From Squalus acanthias (lineage: Eukaryota): a stretch of DNA of 64,000 bases. Shown here one piece after another: positions 24,580 to 38,270 of the stretch. How positions within the stretch are numbered: position 1 is the first letter of the stretch; each line of letters starts with the position of its first letter. Both the position numbers and the translations under genes were made by a program. Under the pieces are notes generated by a model. That model ran no database searches. It was not told the origin of the DNA and was given only the letters and a program-made list of their open reading frames with translations. The DNA is taken from NCBI GenBank assembly GCA_030390025.1, contig CM059452.1:6820001-6884000 (forward strand). The letters run 5' to 3'.

Positions 24580-24704
24580 CCGAGCTGGGCTGCTGTCTGT
24601 GTCCTTATAGGAGAATGGTCCCACATTTAGAGTCCAGGGTGGGAATGAAACCCATGTCTAGGTCTTGTAACCGGGAAGCGCAGGATTATTAATGGGTTTG
24701 GTTA

Positions 24705-25128
24705 ACATAAGAACATAAGAATTAGGAGCCGGAGTCGGCCCTACGGCCCCTCGAGCCTGCTCCACCATTCAATAAGATCATGGCTGATCTTCGACCTCAA
24801 CTCCACTTTCCCGCCCGATCCCCATAACCCGTGATGCCCCTAGAGTCCAAAAATCTATCTATCTCAACCTTGAATATACTCAAAGACTCAGCATCCACAG
24901 CCCTCTGGGGCAGAGAATTCCAAAGATTCACAACCCTCTGAGTGAAGAAATTCCTCCTCATCTCAGTCATAAATGGCCGACCCCTTATCCTGAGACTATA
25001 CCCCCTAGTTCTAGACACTCCAGCCGAGGGAAACAACCTCTCAGCATCTACCTGGTCAATCCCCTTCACAATCTTATATATTTCAATCAGATCACCTCTC
25101 GTTCTTCTAAACTTCAGAGAGTATAGAT
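24705..25128 (-). mobile_element. CR1 LINE 3' fragment
   Basis: ..SRTRGYSL..NFFTQRVVNLWNSLP..GKWS and a TTCTTATG tail. Confidence 0.9.
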
Positions 25129-26587
25129 TTATTCCAGGGTCAATTCATTCTCTATAATTCCGTTAGTTTTACCGTCAGGACACTGTTAACCGTGACTCCA
25201 GTGACCTTTCCCCTCCCGGGTCAGTTCACTGGTGAAATAACAATGTTGTCGGAATGATTTATAGATGCGTGATATTAGAATGATGACGTCTGCTGTGACT
25301 GAACAAACAACTGAACAGATTAAAGAATAAACTCTCCCTGTAATTTAAACAGAGTTTCAAGAACTGTCCCCTTCTGTGGTTTGTATTAAAATGCTGTTTA
25401 AGTTCTATCTGTTAAGTTCTGACCTTCTTTCTGCTGTAATGATTTATTTAAAGATCATAATTTTCAGATGCTTGATTACCAATGAGAGAGAATGGAGGGA
25501 ACAGCCTAGCGGTGCTTTTCAGGAATTTACCGCTCATCTGTATAAAGTGCCCGGGAGCAGAGCGCGGGGAGCGGGTTCTAAGCCCCCAGGGTGAGGTGCA
25601 TGCTCTCGTTACCAAGAGCTCAACATCAGCAGGGCATGAAAAACTGTCCTGACAACTATCTCGCATATTAACAAATGATGAGGAGCAGAAAAAGAAACAC
25701 AATACAGGCAGTTTCGATTTGTTTTTCGCCCCTTTATCATCGATTTCCAGCATCAGTACAGTTAATGTCTTCAGAAATCAGATCTCAGGGTGTGTCTTTC
25801 ATTCACATTTTAATATTGCTTTCCCCATCTTCCACATCCTTCCACTCTCTTGTCCTGCCCACTGGTTAGTATCAAAATTCAATCCTTCGATATGATGGAT
25901 GTCTTTTTGTGATGATTATTGCCCGATGTACCGACCCAGCCCATTGTGGATTTCAAACATTAATCTTCAGTTCATTCCAAAATATACAAAACTGTTGGAG
26001 AAACAGCATTTAACTCACTGCCCGGGGTCTGAGCCAAACAAAGGATATTGTGAGCTGACGCCCTCTGGTGGATATTCTGAGAACTGCTCAGATGTCGGTG
26101 GACAGGGTGTGAGGAATCCTGTGTGTATTCACTGAACTGTCTGCAATTCTGTTTATGGGAAGCTGGGTTGGAGCGGTTCTGAATTAATATCCCGAGCAGC
26201 AGCAAACGTTTTACATCGTTCAACCACAGATTGGAAGAAGAAAGTTCATACGATTATGGGTAAAGAGTGGAGACAGGGGATGAGAAAGGACAGGCAGGCA
26301 CGGAAAGGGCATCGAAAGACAAAAGGTGTGTTCAGGCACTGCAGATGGATTTGTGATTTTTATTTTTAGCATTTTGAAATCACCAGCTAATGTAATTCCG
26401 CCAGTGGACTTCACCTTTTCATGTGGACTGTTGTGTTTTGTCGACATTTAGAAGGTCCCTGTGACTCTCACTGTGGAGGCTGAATTATCGCGTGTTTATC
26501 GGTGTGAGAGCGCCCTCTGGTGAGCACTAACTGTAACTCTCAGTCTGGGTTTTTGTACGGGCTCCGCTATATCTCTGCAGCAGCGTG

Positions 26588-27063
26588 GGGCTCATGGCAC
26601 AGAAATACACTGCGGTGTCTGAGATCAGGGCGTTACTGATCGTTAGCTCGGTAATCTTGCTGCTTTTATTAAACGTAGAAGAGAATCGGTCAGTGAATTC
26701 AGGGTTCCTGTTTACTATCGCTCCATAGAGATAAAACACGTACTGTGGAGGCTGCCCGGGGTGCTGACTGTACCAGTACACATGAGGGTTAGTAGCGGTT
26801 GTTTTCAAGGCGCAGTTTAGTGTGACATTACTTTCCTCTTCAACCGTTATTTCAGGAACCGGCTGTTCCACTGCGTCTTGATGGCTCCATTCTAATATAA
26901 AATAATAGTAATAGTCATCACCATCATCATCATCATCAGGATCATTTAACCAATTATCATAGCTGGGTTACAGCCGTCAGGGGGAGAATGGATTTTAACT
27001 GGGGAGGAAATACTTACTGAGAAGTGATATAATGATGAGGAGCGGTGCGAGGCGGTTCCACAT
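26588..27063 (-). CDS. TCR alpha/delta V segment, family B, intact (leader 27063-27018, V exon 26891-26588)
   Basis: Leader MWNRLAPLLIIISLL; VEQP..TLNCAL..VYWYSQHP..DTAVYFCAMS; RSS CACGCTG-24-ACAAAAACC (26587-26548); CTCF motif 26507-26524. Confidence 0.92.
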
Positions 27064-27834
27064 GACGCTCCCTGAGTCTGTTAATCTACAGTCCTGGAAA
27101 TCCTCTGTGGAGCAGAAATACAGTTCCCGCCGCACTGCACTGCTGATCCAACCAATGCCAAAGAAGTAACAGAGGCAGCAATCTCTCCGATAACAGAAGG
27201 CGGGTCAGAGCGAGAGCAGCAGACGGAAGCTGTGGGCGGGGCTGCCGCGGGCAGTGTTACTGTAAGTTTAGTCTCCATCATTTCCAGTTGGTAACGGCGA
27301 GAAACATGTGACCACGGCGCCGTCTGGCGGTCACTCTGAGAACTTTACACTGTCAGGATAATAGTTTGAGCAAAGTGTGAGTTTATCAATGGCGAACTTT
27401 CCAGCGTCCGTGTTTTGGGAGAGGCGGTTCAGACAATTTAACAATATTTGAATCTCTTTCTTTATGGCTTTCTCTTACCTTTAAGATTTAAGTTTCTCAC
27501 TCGTTATTTCTCACTTTCTTTAATTTCTCTTTCCCTCCTTTCCTAATTTGCTGTCCTCTACACGTACTATTACATTGATTTTTCTCTTTCTCTCATTCTT
27601 TCTTCAGTGCCTTCGCTTTGTTTTCCTCTGTCTGTAATTCAAAATTTCTTCATTTCAGAATTTCTTTTACTCTCTCTCTTCTATATTTCCTATTATTATT
27701 CTGTGCTCAGTCCCTCTGCCCTCCGATTATTATAACCGGGCCCCTCCCAATCCCGTTACTCCAAACACAGCAGAGCGGCGCTCCCCCTCGGTGCAGGTTT
27801 CTGTGCAGACTCTCCGCCTGTTTGTTACACTGTG

Positions 27835-28168
27835 GGCTCACGGCGCAGAGATAGGTGGCGCTGTCTGTCACTCGCGCGTCTCTGACAGTCAGGGCACTGA
27901 GTTTATTGCCTCCCTCGATTGAAGCAGTGATCCTCCCGTGTTGATCGGTCCCGCTTGTGGCCATCACCAGGTGCTGGAGGGTCTGATCCGGGTTCTGTCT
28001 GTACCAGTGCAGGACGTTAAACCCAGCGGTAGCGGAGCAGTTGATGGACACGCTTCCCTCTTCACTAACAACCACCCGCCGAGGGAGCTGCTCCACCTCA
28101 TCCTCACCACTCACATCCGTACAGATCAGAGTGTAAATCAGCAGGGAAACTCTGTAAATCAGGAGCAT
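27835..28168 (-). CDS. TCR alpha/delta V segment with an apparently intronless leader-V ORF
   Basis: MLLIYRVSLLIYTLICT-DVSGEDEVEQ..SINCS..LHWYRQ..DSATYLCAVS in one frame; RSS CACAGTG-23-ACAGAAACC (27834-27796). Confidence 0.85.
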
Positions 28169-28344
28169 TATCCGATCTGATGAAGAAGAGGCTGAAAGAA
28201 TTGTACACAGTGGTCGGGTTAGAACTAGCACACTGATATTATATTCAGGAGAATTAACAAAGAGACAAACTCTCGCTTCTTGTCCAACGCAGAGGTTTTT
28301 TCCTGTCGAACTAACGAAACCAGCTGTATCTCTGGGTTTACCAA

Positions 28345-28700
28345 CCCCGGGCCGTCCAAACTCAGTGTTTCTCACTGACACCAGCTCACACTGTCTCTGA
28401 CCTCACACCGGGCCGCTCACACTCAGTGTTTCTCACTGACACCAGCTCACACTGTCTCTGAGCTCACACCGGGCCGCTCACACTCAGTGTTTCTCACTGA
28501 CACCAGCTCACACTGTCTCTGATCTCACACCGGGCCGCTCACACTCAGTGTTTCTCACTGACACCAGCTCACACTGTCTCTGATCTCACACCGGGCCGCC
28601 CACACTCAGTGTTTCTCACTGACAGCAGCTCACACTGTCTCTGATCTCACACCGGGCCGCCCACACACAGTGTTTCTCACTGACAGCAGCTCACACTGTT
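28345..28700. repeat. 61-bp tandem repeat, about 6 copies
   Basis: CCAGCTCACACTGTCTCTG recurs at 28381, 28442, 28503, 28564 and onward. Confidence 0.95.
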
Positions 28701-29589
28701 AATGGTGAGCCCTTTTTTAGACATAGTATTCGATATCTTTTAAACACAATCTGACAAACTATTAAACAGCAATGTTGGTTCACACTGCCCCCTTGTGGCT
28801 GTTGGCTGATTCACATTTCAACTTTCGGTGCAATGAATGTAACGTGGATTGGTCTGAAGGACACCGCGAGGTTTATTTTGGGCCGTTTCTACGTGTCGTG
28901 TAAAATACAGAATGGAGACACTCTTCAGGAATTCATTCTCAATGAATCTTAATATATTAAAACACAAATAATTGATTAAGCCCATCAAGTCTTCACTTCC
29001 GTTCTCGCTCCCTGCACTCTTTAATAATTCTCTCAGTACCCAATATGCTTCTTTATAAAAGAATAATTGATGCAGTCTTCGTCACTAACTGTGTCTGGCA
29101 GAGAATTCCACCTTCTCACCTCCCTTAAATAAGAATCTTTTTGAAGAATGAACTTCAGTCGAAGGTTTTTTCCCTCTTTCCGATTAGTTCCGTGATGTGT
29201 CCAGGACATTGTGGGTGTAGCCGGTAACGGTCAGACAGAATCCTCACCCATTCCCGGGGTCGGATGATCAGATATCCGGGACAAAGCAGAACAGCACACG
29301 GAGCCTGTGTGCCGGGGCCGCGGGCAGTGATGATGAACACAGACAGCGACAATGATCACCGGCAGCTCATTGAAACCAGGCTCTTGGTTTGATTCAGGAA
29401 ATGACGGGGACTCCGTGTGCTGACAGAAACACTTCAAATTCTCCCCTTCAGTCCGAGAGCTGCAACTGAGAGGAGGCACCGGGTGAAGTGCGGGCTCCCA
29501 GTGTGGGGAGACTGCGGCCATGGTGGAGTTTGGGCTTTTCGTTATTTGGGGCTTAACAACGCTGTTATTCGGTTAGTTTATTTATTTAA

Positions 29590-29854
29590 ACTATTGAAAA
29601 CAGGCTATGCTGACCCTTCTGTGTTCTGGTACAGTCACCACCCCGGACAACCTCCACTGTACGTGGTTTATCACTATGTAGGGATAGTGAACCTGGGCCC
29701 CGGCTTCACTCACAGATTATCTTCTACATTCAATCAAACAACCAAGATTACCGAACTAACGATCAGCAATGCCTTGATCTCAGACACCACCGTGTATTTC
29801 TGTGCTATGAGCCACACTCTGCTGCAGAGATATAGCGGATCCCGTACAAAAACC
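29590..29854 (+). pseudogene. 5'-truncated family-B V (CDR1 to RSS), fused to the repeated element
   Basis: VFWYSHHPGQPP..DTTVYFCAMS; RSS CACTCTG-24-ACAAAAACC (29815-29854); CTCF motif at ~29880; no leader, FR1 or Cys23. Confidence 0.85.
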
Positions 29855-29989
29855 CACACTAGGAGTTACAGTTAGTGCTCACCAGAGGGCGTTCTCACAC
29901 CGAAAAAGAGAAGCGACAATTCACCCTCCACAGTGAGAGAGGCAGAGACTTTCTTAAAAGGTCGACAAAACACAACACTCAACAAGATT

Positions 29990-31215
29990 GCAGCCTCATT
30001 ACAGCCTCGGTCCAAACATGGACAAAAGAGCTTAATTCCAGAGGTGAGGTGACATCAAGGCAGCATTTGACCGAATGTGGCATCAAGGAGCCCCAGTAAA
30101 TTTGGAGTCAATGGGAATCGGTGGTGCGGGGCGGGGGGGATTCTCCACTGGCTGGAGTCATACCGAGCACAAAGGAAGATGGTTGTGGCTGTTGGAGATC
30201 AATCATCTCAGCCCCAGGACATCGCTGCAGGAGTTCCTCAGGACAGTGTCCTAGGCCCAACCATCTTCAGCTGCTTCATCAATTACCTTCTCTCCATCAT
30301 AAGGTCAGAAGTGGGGATGTTCTCTGATGATTGCAGTGTTCAGTACCATTTGCAACTCCTCAGATAATGAAACAGTCCATGTCTGCATGCGGAAAGATCT
30401 GGACGACATTTAGGCTTGGGCTGATAAGTGACAGGTAACATTCGCACCACACAAGTACCAGGCAATGATTATCTCCAACAAGCGAGAGTCGAACACCCTC
30501 CGCTTGACATTTAACGGCATTGCCATCGCCGCATCCCCCACCATGAACATCCTGGGGGGTTCACCAATAACCAGAAACTTAACTGGACCAGCAACATAAA
30601 TACAACAAGAGCGGGTCAGCGGCTCGGTATTCAGCGGGTAGGTATTCTCCTGTCTCCCCAAAGCTTTTCCACCACCTACAAGGCACAAGTCAGGAGTGTG
30701 ATGGGATACTCTCCACTTGCCTGGATGAGTGCAGCTCCAACAACACTGAAGAAGCTCGACCCCATCCAGGAAAAAGCAGCTCGCTTGATTGGCACCCCAT
30801 CCACCACCTTAACCAATCACTCCCTCCACCACCGGCGTACCGTAGCTGCAGTATTTACCATCTACAAGATGCACTGCACCAACTCATCAAGGCTTCTTCA
30901 GCAGCACTTCTCAAATCCGCGACCTCTACCACCTAGAATGACAAGGGCAGCAGGCTTATGGGAATACCATCACCTGCAAGTTCCCCTGCAAGTTAGACAC
31001 CATCCTGACTTGGAAGTATATTGCCGTTTCTTCATCGTCGCTGGGTCAAAATCCTGGAACTCCCTCCCTAACAGCACTGTGGGAGTACCTTCACCACACG
31101 GACTGCAGCGGTTCAAGAAGGCAGCTCACCACCACCTTCTCAAGGGCAACTAGGGATGGGCAATAAATGCTGGCCTTGTCAGCGAAGCTCACATCCCGGA
31201 ACGAATAATAAAAAA
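29990..31215 (+). mobile_element. Non-LTR retrotransposon RT 3' fragment, same family as 7787-8895
   Basis: GVPQDSVLGP, FSDD and the same 3' tail. Confidence 0.9.
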
Positions 31216-31835
31216 GATCCAATTCAGGAATTATATTAGTTTGTGCTTTCATCTCACATTTATAACAAAACTTAACTCCCCTTTACTCTTTCGACCCCTT
31301 TCCTTGCCTGCATGCAATATTGTGCAGCCCTTTACACATCTCCACTGTCAGTTTCCCGGACCCTTTGTTCGCGGCCTGTACACAGGGTTTATTTGATCAG
31401 AGTATGTTCCTGGGTCACAGACAGTTTATACACAATGAACAGATTTCACAAGGTAGTGATGTTACTCTTTAAAACAGGCTACAAGCACAGACTTCCCCCA
31501 ATTTCAATTGTCCTTCAGAATGTCTCTTTAATGCTGGAATGTTTTCTGTCACCATTAACAATCGCTGAGCTTCCAGGTTACAATAACCAGACAAGAGTTT
31601 CATTCCCACCCCAGTCTCTAAAAGCGGAAGCATTGCCCTATAAGGACACTGACTGTAGCCCAGCTCGGGGTGTTTCCATTCACTGGCAACCATCTCACCA
31701 CCTACCGGTCTCACAGCCCCACTGGGGACAAAAGGAAGTGAGGTGAGAGCATCCTGAGACACGACAGCAGATTATTGAGGGCGGGGATTAGAAGGGGTTT
31801 CTTCAAATATCAGATTTACAGAGCGGACAACGACA

Positions 31836-31881
31836 ATGCGGCTACTCAGCATCTGGATTGTTTTGGGGGCATTTCTGACAG
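31836..31881 (+). pseudogene. Orphan leader of the 15684 family; the intron runs into an L2 fragment and the V exon is lost
   Basis: MRLLSIWIVLGAFLT-G|GTAAT; followed by minus-strand L2-like LADLLWLPVRQRIDF (31930-32270). Confidence 0.75.
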
Positions 31882-32457
31882 GTAATCGAGGAACAAACAC
31901 ATTTCATCTTTTCTTTAATCTCCAAAAACTGAATTGGAGGCGCACAGAGATCTCGGAGGGTTGTGGGGCTGGAGGCAGTTACAGAAATAGGGAGGGGCGA
32001 GGCCATGGAGTGGGATTTGCATACACGGAAGATAATATTGAAATCGATGCGTTGCCTTACCGGGAGCCAAAGAAGGTCAGCGAGCACAGGGGTGATGGAC
32101 GAACGGGACTTGGAGCGACTTACGATACGGGCAGGAGAGTTTTGAATGAGCTCAAGTTTACGGGAGGTGTAAGGTGGGAGGCCGGCCAGTCGAGCATTGG
32201 AATAGTCGAGTCCAGTGGTAACAAAGGCACGGATGATGGTTTTAGCGGAAGGTGAGCTGCGGTAGGGGCGGAGTTAAAATGTTACCCAGTTAAAGCATTC
32301 GGTCCATTTTACCAGGAATAGATTTGCACGAGATACTTCCTCACCTTCTGTTATACCTTCCAGTCGAACAGATTCTTACTTTACTCAGTATAACAGATTG
32401 CAACAGGAAATAGAACTGCTGTTCCAAGGAGTTGTTTGTGAAGATATAATTGAGCCC

Positions 32458-32716
32458 ATGTCGTACCGTCACCTCGTTATATTGTGCCTGCTGTTCGGTA
32501 AGTATGACCATGCATTGTGTCTGTGCACCAATGTGATGTTAATAGATTTTCTATCTGAGTATTGTATTCAACCCTCAGTTAACTTTTGTTTCAGGGGAGT
32601 TTCAGGCAGAATCGGTGTCACAAACTCAGACCACGCTCTATGTGAATGAAGGAGATGTTGTGAAAATAGACTGTAGCTACACAACAAGCCACAGTGACCC
32701 CGATCTGTACTGGTGC
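32458..32716 (+). pseudogene. Truncated V pseudogene (leader 32458-32497, FR1 to Trp41)
   Basis: MSYRHLVILCLLF-G|GTAAGT; ..EGDVVKIDCSYTTSHSDPDLYW, then cut by the repeat at 32717. Confidence 0.8.
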
Positions 32717-35119
32717 TGTGACGTGCGGAAAAGATTCCGGCGTCATCCACTGCAGGGCAAACCGGCGGCCACCTCTGTGTGACGTACAGTTCACCATGTT
32801 TGTGTGACGTAATACGTTGCGCAAGTCTGCCGTTTATTTACATAAAACACCTCGATTAAAAGGAAAAGTGACTTCAGTTTGCACCAAATAACCGCCCCAT
32901 CTTAATCCATAAAAGTGAAAGTTTGGCGCGAGAGAGACTTATAAAGTTGTCGTTAAAACGTTTGGTGACGTGCGCATGTGCGAAAAGTTCTCTCAGTGTG
33001 ACAGATGGGGGCTTTTCTCTGCTTTTGTGAATTGTGGGAGCCGCAGCCCTGCATGGCCGAATCATTAACCGAGTGAATTCGGCAAAAGATACAATTCTAT
33101 GGTGAGAAAAATTATTCTTTCCACAGAAGGCGGAGAAAATATGGAATAAGAGCATTAATTATTTTAGTCGAGAAATTGGATAGGAGTCTCAAAAGAGGAA
33201 CATTAAATGATGTGAGGAGCGAGAGGAAAGTACAGACATGATGGGCTTAATCACTTCCAGAAACTCACCGAGCCCGGAGTCAGCGGGAGACAGGGAACAG
33301 GACAGAGAGACGGGTATGTGATTAGAGCGGATCGCGGCCCCCGGTTAGAGTGGTGAGGTGGTGGGGGTGTTGGGGGAGACGGATTGGGGCAGACACAGAG
33401 ATTAAACACCGTCTCCACCCATTCCCAAACTTCCTTCCACACCCTTCAGAAGGGTCGTTATTACTTCCCGCGCTTAACCAGATGTGCTATTCCACCACAT
33501 GCCTGAACTCCAGAAGTTTAGATGAAAAGCAGCGCAGTAACAGAAGGAAAATTCCGGAAGAATCTCGGGTCTGATCAGAAACATCTGGATATGTTCCCAT
33601 GGCCGGGAGGCTCCGAAATAATCCGATGAGACAGCGAATAACGTATGAGAGACAGGGAGGTTAAGTCAGTTATGACCTGGTGTAATATAAACAGAGACAT
33701 TATCCAGTGCAGTAATAATTGAGACAGGGCCTAGTTTCACGTAAACAGAGACATGGCTTGGTGTAATATAAACTGAGACATGACCTAGTGCAGTAATAAT
33801 AGAGACAGGGTCTAGTGTAATATAAACAGAGACAGGATCTAGTGTAATATAAACAGAGACGGGGCCTAGTGTAAAATAAACAGAGACAGGGTCTAGTGCA
33901 ATATAAACAGAGACAGGGTCTAGTGCAGTAATAACTGAGACAGGGTCTAGTGTAATATAAACAGAGACAGGGCCAAGTGTAATATAAACAGAGACAGGGT
34001 CTAGTGTAATATAAACAGAGACAGGGTCTGGCGTAATATAAAGAGAGACAGCGTCTAGTGAAATATAAATACAGACATGTTCTTGTGCAGTAATAACTGC
34101 AACAGGGTCTAACGTAATAGAAAGAGAGAAAGAGCCTAATGAAGTAGTAACTGAGACAGGGGTTAGTGTAATATAAACAGACACAGGGCCTAGCGTAATA
34201 TAAACAGAGACACGGTCTAGTGCAGTAATAATTGAGACAGGGTCTAGTGTAATATAAACAGAGACAGGATCTAGTGTAATATAAACAGAGACGGGGCCTA
34301 GTGTAATATCAACAGAGACAGGGTCTAGTGTAATATAAACAGAGACAGGGCCCAGTGTAATATAAACAGAGATAGAATCTATTGCATTAAGAACAGAAAC
34401 ATTGTCTAGTGCAGTAATATCTGAGACAGGGTCTAGTGTAATATAAACAAAGACAGGGTCCAGTGTAATATAAACAGAGTCAGGGTCTAGTGTAATATAA
34501 ACAGAGACAGGGCCTAGTGTAATATAAAAATAGAAATGGTCTAGTGCAGTAACAACAGAGACACGGTCTAGTGCAGTAATAACGGAGACAGGGCCTAGTG
34601 TACTTTAAACAGAGACGGGGCCTCGTATAATATAAACAGAGACAGGGCCTAGTGTAATACAAAAAGAGATGGAATCTAGTGCATTAACAACAGAAACATT
34701 GTCTAGTGCAGTAATAATTGAGACATGGTCTAGTGTAATATAAACAGAGAGAGGATCCAGTGTAATATAAACAGAGACAAGGTCTAGTGTAATATAAACA
34801 GAGGCAGGGTCTAGTGTAATATAAACAGAGAGAGGGTCTAGTGTAATATAAACAGAGACAGGACCAAGTGTAATATAAACCGAGACAGGGTCTAGTGTAA
34901 TATAAACAGAGACAAGGTCTAGTGTAATATAAATAGCGGCAGGGTCTAGTGTAATATAAACAGAGACATGGTCTATTGTAATTTAAACAGAGACATGGTC
35001 TAGTGTAATATAAAGAGAGACAGGGCCTAGTGTAATATAAACAGAGACAGGGTCTAGTGTAATATAAACAGAGACAGAGTCTAATGTATTATAAATAGAG
35101 AAAGGGTCTAGTATAATAT

Positions 35120-36423
35120 CAAACTCACCATGGACTACTCCTCAGAATCGGTTTCATTCTTGGACACACGAATCTCCATCAAAGACGGACGCCTCAGCAC
35201 TTCACTCTACCGCAAGCCCACGGACAACCTCACGATGCTCCACTTCTCCAGCTTCCACCCTAACCACGTTAAAGAAGCCATCCCCTATGGACAAGCCCTG
35301 CGAATACACAGGATCTGCTCAGACGAGGAGGAACGCGATGGACACCTACGGACACTGAAAGACGCTCTCGTAAGAACGGGATATGACGCTCGACTCGTCG
35401 GTCGACAGTTCCGACGGGCCACAGCGAAAAACCGCATAGACCTCCTCAGAAGACGAACACGGGACACAACCAACAGAGTACCCTACGTCGTCCAGTACTT
35501 CCCCGGAGCGGAAAAACTACGCCATGCTCTTCGCAGCCTTCAACATGTCATCGATGACGACGAACACCTTGCTAAGGCCATCCCCACGCCTCCACTACTC
35601 GCCTTCAAGCAGCCGCCTAACCTCAAAAGTACCATCGTTCGCAGCAGATTACCCATCTTTCAGGAGAACAGCAACCAAGACACCACACAACCCTGCCACG
35701 GCAACCTCTGCAAGACATGCCAAATCATGGACACAGATACCATCATTACACGTGAGGACACTACCCACCAGGTACACGGTACATACTCATGTGACTCGGC
35801 CAACGTTGTCTACCTGATACGTTGCAGTAAAGGATGGTCCAGAGCATGGTACATCGGCGAGACCATGCAGACACTGAGACAACGTATGAACGGACACCGC
35901 GCAACAATCGCCAGGCAGGAGGGTTGCCTCCCAGTCGGGGAACACTTCAGCAGCCAGGGGCATTCAGCCTCGGATCTGCGGGTAAGCGTTCTCCAAGGCG
36001 GCCTTCGAGATACACGACAGCGCAAAATCATAGAGCAGAAACTGATAGCCAAGTTCCGCACTCATGAGGATGGCCTCAATCGCGATATCGGGTTCATGTC
36101 ACGATACAGAACGTGACTTGACATCATGGCCGGTCTTCCCAGGTGTTTTTTTTTTAAAAGGCTAACACAAGAACACAAATTGACAGGATATGCAGCCAGC
36201 AGGTGGTTTGACACGTTGGACCCCCTGGGACACATCTCATTGTCTTGACTGTGCTCTTTGTTGCAGGGAATAATGTGAATACATTTTGTCTGTGTTTAAA
36301 TTGTGAATTCTGGGAGATTCTCTCATTGCTAACTTACCTGACGAAGGAGCGAACTGCTTCGAAAGCTTGTAAAATTAAATAAATCTGTTGGACTATAACC
36401 TGGTGTTGTGCGACTTCTCATTT
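35120..36423 (+). mobile_element. Penelope-like element, 5'-truncated (RT C-terminus, GIY-YIG endonuclease, pLTR)
   Basis: VSFLDT..YRKPT; NVVYLIRC..WYIGET..RMNGH..HF..E..GLN (GIY-YIG); TSD TAGTATAATAT. Confidence 0.93.
36335..36410 (+). ncRNA. Minimal hammerhead ribozyme motif in the PLE terminal repeat
   Basis: CTGACGA-A-GGAGC-gaact-GCTTC-GAAA-GCTT. Confidence 0.75.
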
Positions 36424-38270
36424 TAGTATAATATAAACCGAGACAGGTTCTAGTGTAATATAAACAGAGAAAGGGCCGAGTGTAACATAAACAGAGACAG
36501 GGTCCAGTGCAATATAAACAGATAAATGGTCTAGTGTAATATAAACAGAGAAACTGTGTAGTGTAATATAAACAGAAACAGGGTCTAGTGTAATATAAAC
36601 AGAGAAAGGGTCTAGTGTAATATAAACAGAGACAGGGTCTAGTGTAATATAAAAAGAGACAGGGTCTAGTGTAATACCAATATAGACACGGTCTAGTGTA
36701 ATATAAACAGAGACAGTGTCTAGTGTAATATAAACAGAGACAGGGTCTAGTGTTATAAGAACAGAGACAGGGCCGAGTGTAATATAAACAGAGACAGGGT
36801 CTAGTGTAACATAAACAGAGACAGGGTCCAGTGTAATATAAACCGAGACAGGGTCTAGTGTAATATAAACAGAGACAAGGTCTAGTGTAATATAAATAGC
36901 GGCAGGGTCTAGTGTAATATAAACAGAGACATGGTCTATTGTAATTTAAACAGAGACATGGTCTAGTGTAATATAAAGAGAGACAGGGCCTAGTGTAATA
37001 TAAACAGAGACAGGGTCTAGTGTAATATAAACAGAGACATTATCAAGTATATTATAAACAGAGACAGGGTCTAGTGTAATATAAACAGAGCCAGGGCCTA
37101 CTGGAATATAAACAGAGCCAGGTTCTAATGTAATATAAACAGATACCGGGTCTAGTGTAATATAAACAGACACAAGGTCTAGTGTAATATAAAAGGAGAC
37201 AGTGTCTAGTCTAATATAAACAGAGACAGGGTTTAATGCAATATAAACAGAGACAGGGTCTCACGTAATGTAAACAGAGACAGGGTCTAGTGTAACATAA
37301 ACAGAGACAGGACCTAGTGTAATATAAACAGAGATGGGGTCTGGTGTAATATAAACAGAGACAGGGTCTAGTGTAATATAAACAGAGTCAGGGTCTAGTG
37401 CAGGAATAACAGAGTCAGGGCCTAGTGTTATTTAAAAGGAGACAGTGTCTAGTGCAGTTATAACTGAGACAGGTCCGAGTGTATTATAAGTGGTCATGCC
37501 CTGGTGCATTAATAATTGAGACAGGGCCTATTGTAACTCAGACCGAGGCAGGGCCTAGTGCAATAATAACTGAAATCGGGGCCTAGTGTAATATAAACAG
37601 AGACAGGGCCTAGTTCAGTAATAACTGGCTCCGTGCTTAGCATAATATAAAAATAGACAGGGTCTAGTGCAGTAATAACTGAGACATTGTCTAGTGTAAT
37701 ACAAATACAGATACGGTCTAGTGGAGTAACAAATGTGACAGGATGTAATCTATTATAAATAGAGACAGTGACTACTGCAGTAATAACTGAGATGGGGCCT
37801 ATTGTAATATAAACAGAGACATGGTCTAGTGCAGTAATAACTAAGACAGCGCCCAGTGTAATATAAGCAGAGGCAGGGCCTAGTGTAATATTAACAGAGA
37901 CATGGTCTAGTGTAATATAAACAGAGACAGGGTCTAGAGTAATATAAATAGAGACAGGGTCTAGTATAGTAATAACTGAGACAGGGTTTAGTGTAATATA
38001 AACAGAGACAGAGTCTAGCATTTTATAAAAAGGACAGGGTCTAGTGTAGTAATGACAGAGACAGGACCAAGTGTAATATAAACCGAGACACGGTCGAGTG
38101 TAATATAAACAGAGACAGGGTCTAGTGTAATATAAACAGAGACAGGGTCTAGTGTAATATAAACAGAGACAGGGTCTGATGTAATATAAACAGAGACAGC
38201 ATCTAGTGTAATATAAACAGAGACGGGGTCTGATGTAATATAAACAGAGACATGGTCTACTTTAATATAA

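Noticed and set aside
28345-28700. RSS or D-segment array (CACACTG in each 61-bp unit)
   Set aside because: No nonamer at 12 or 23 nt from the heptamer-like words.
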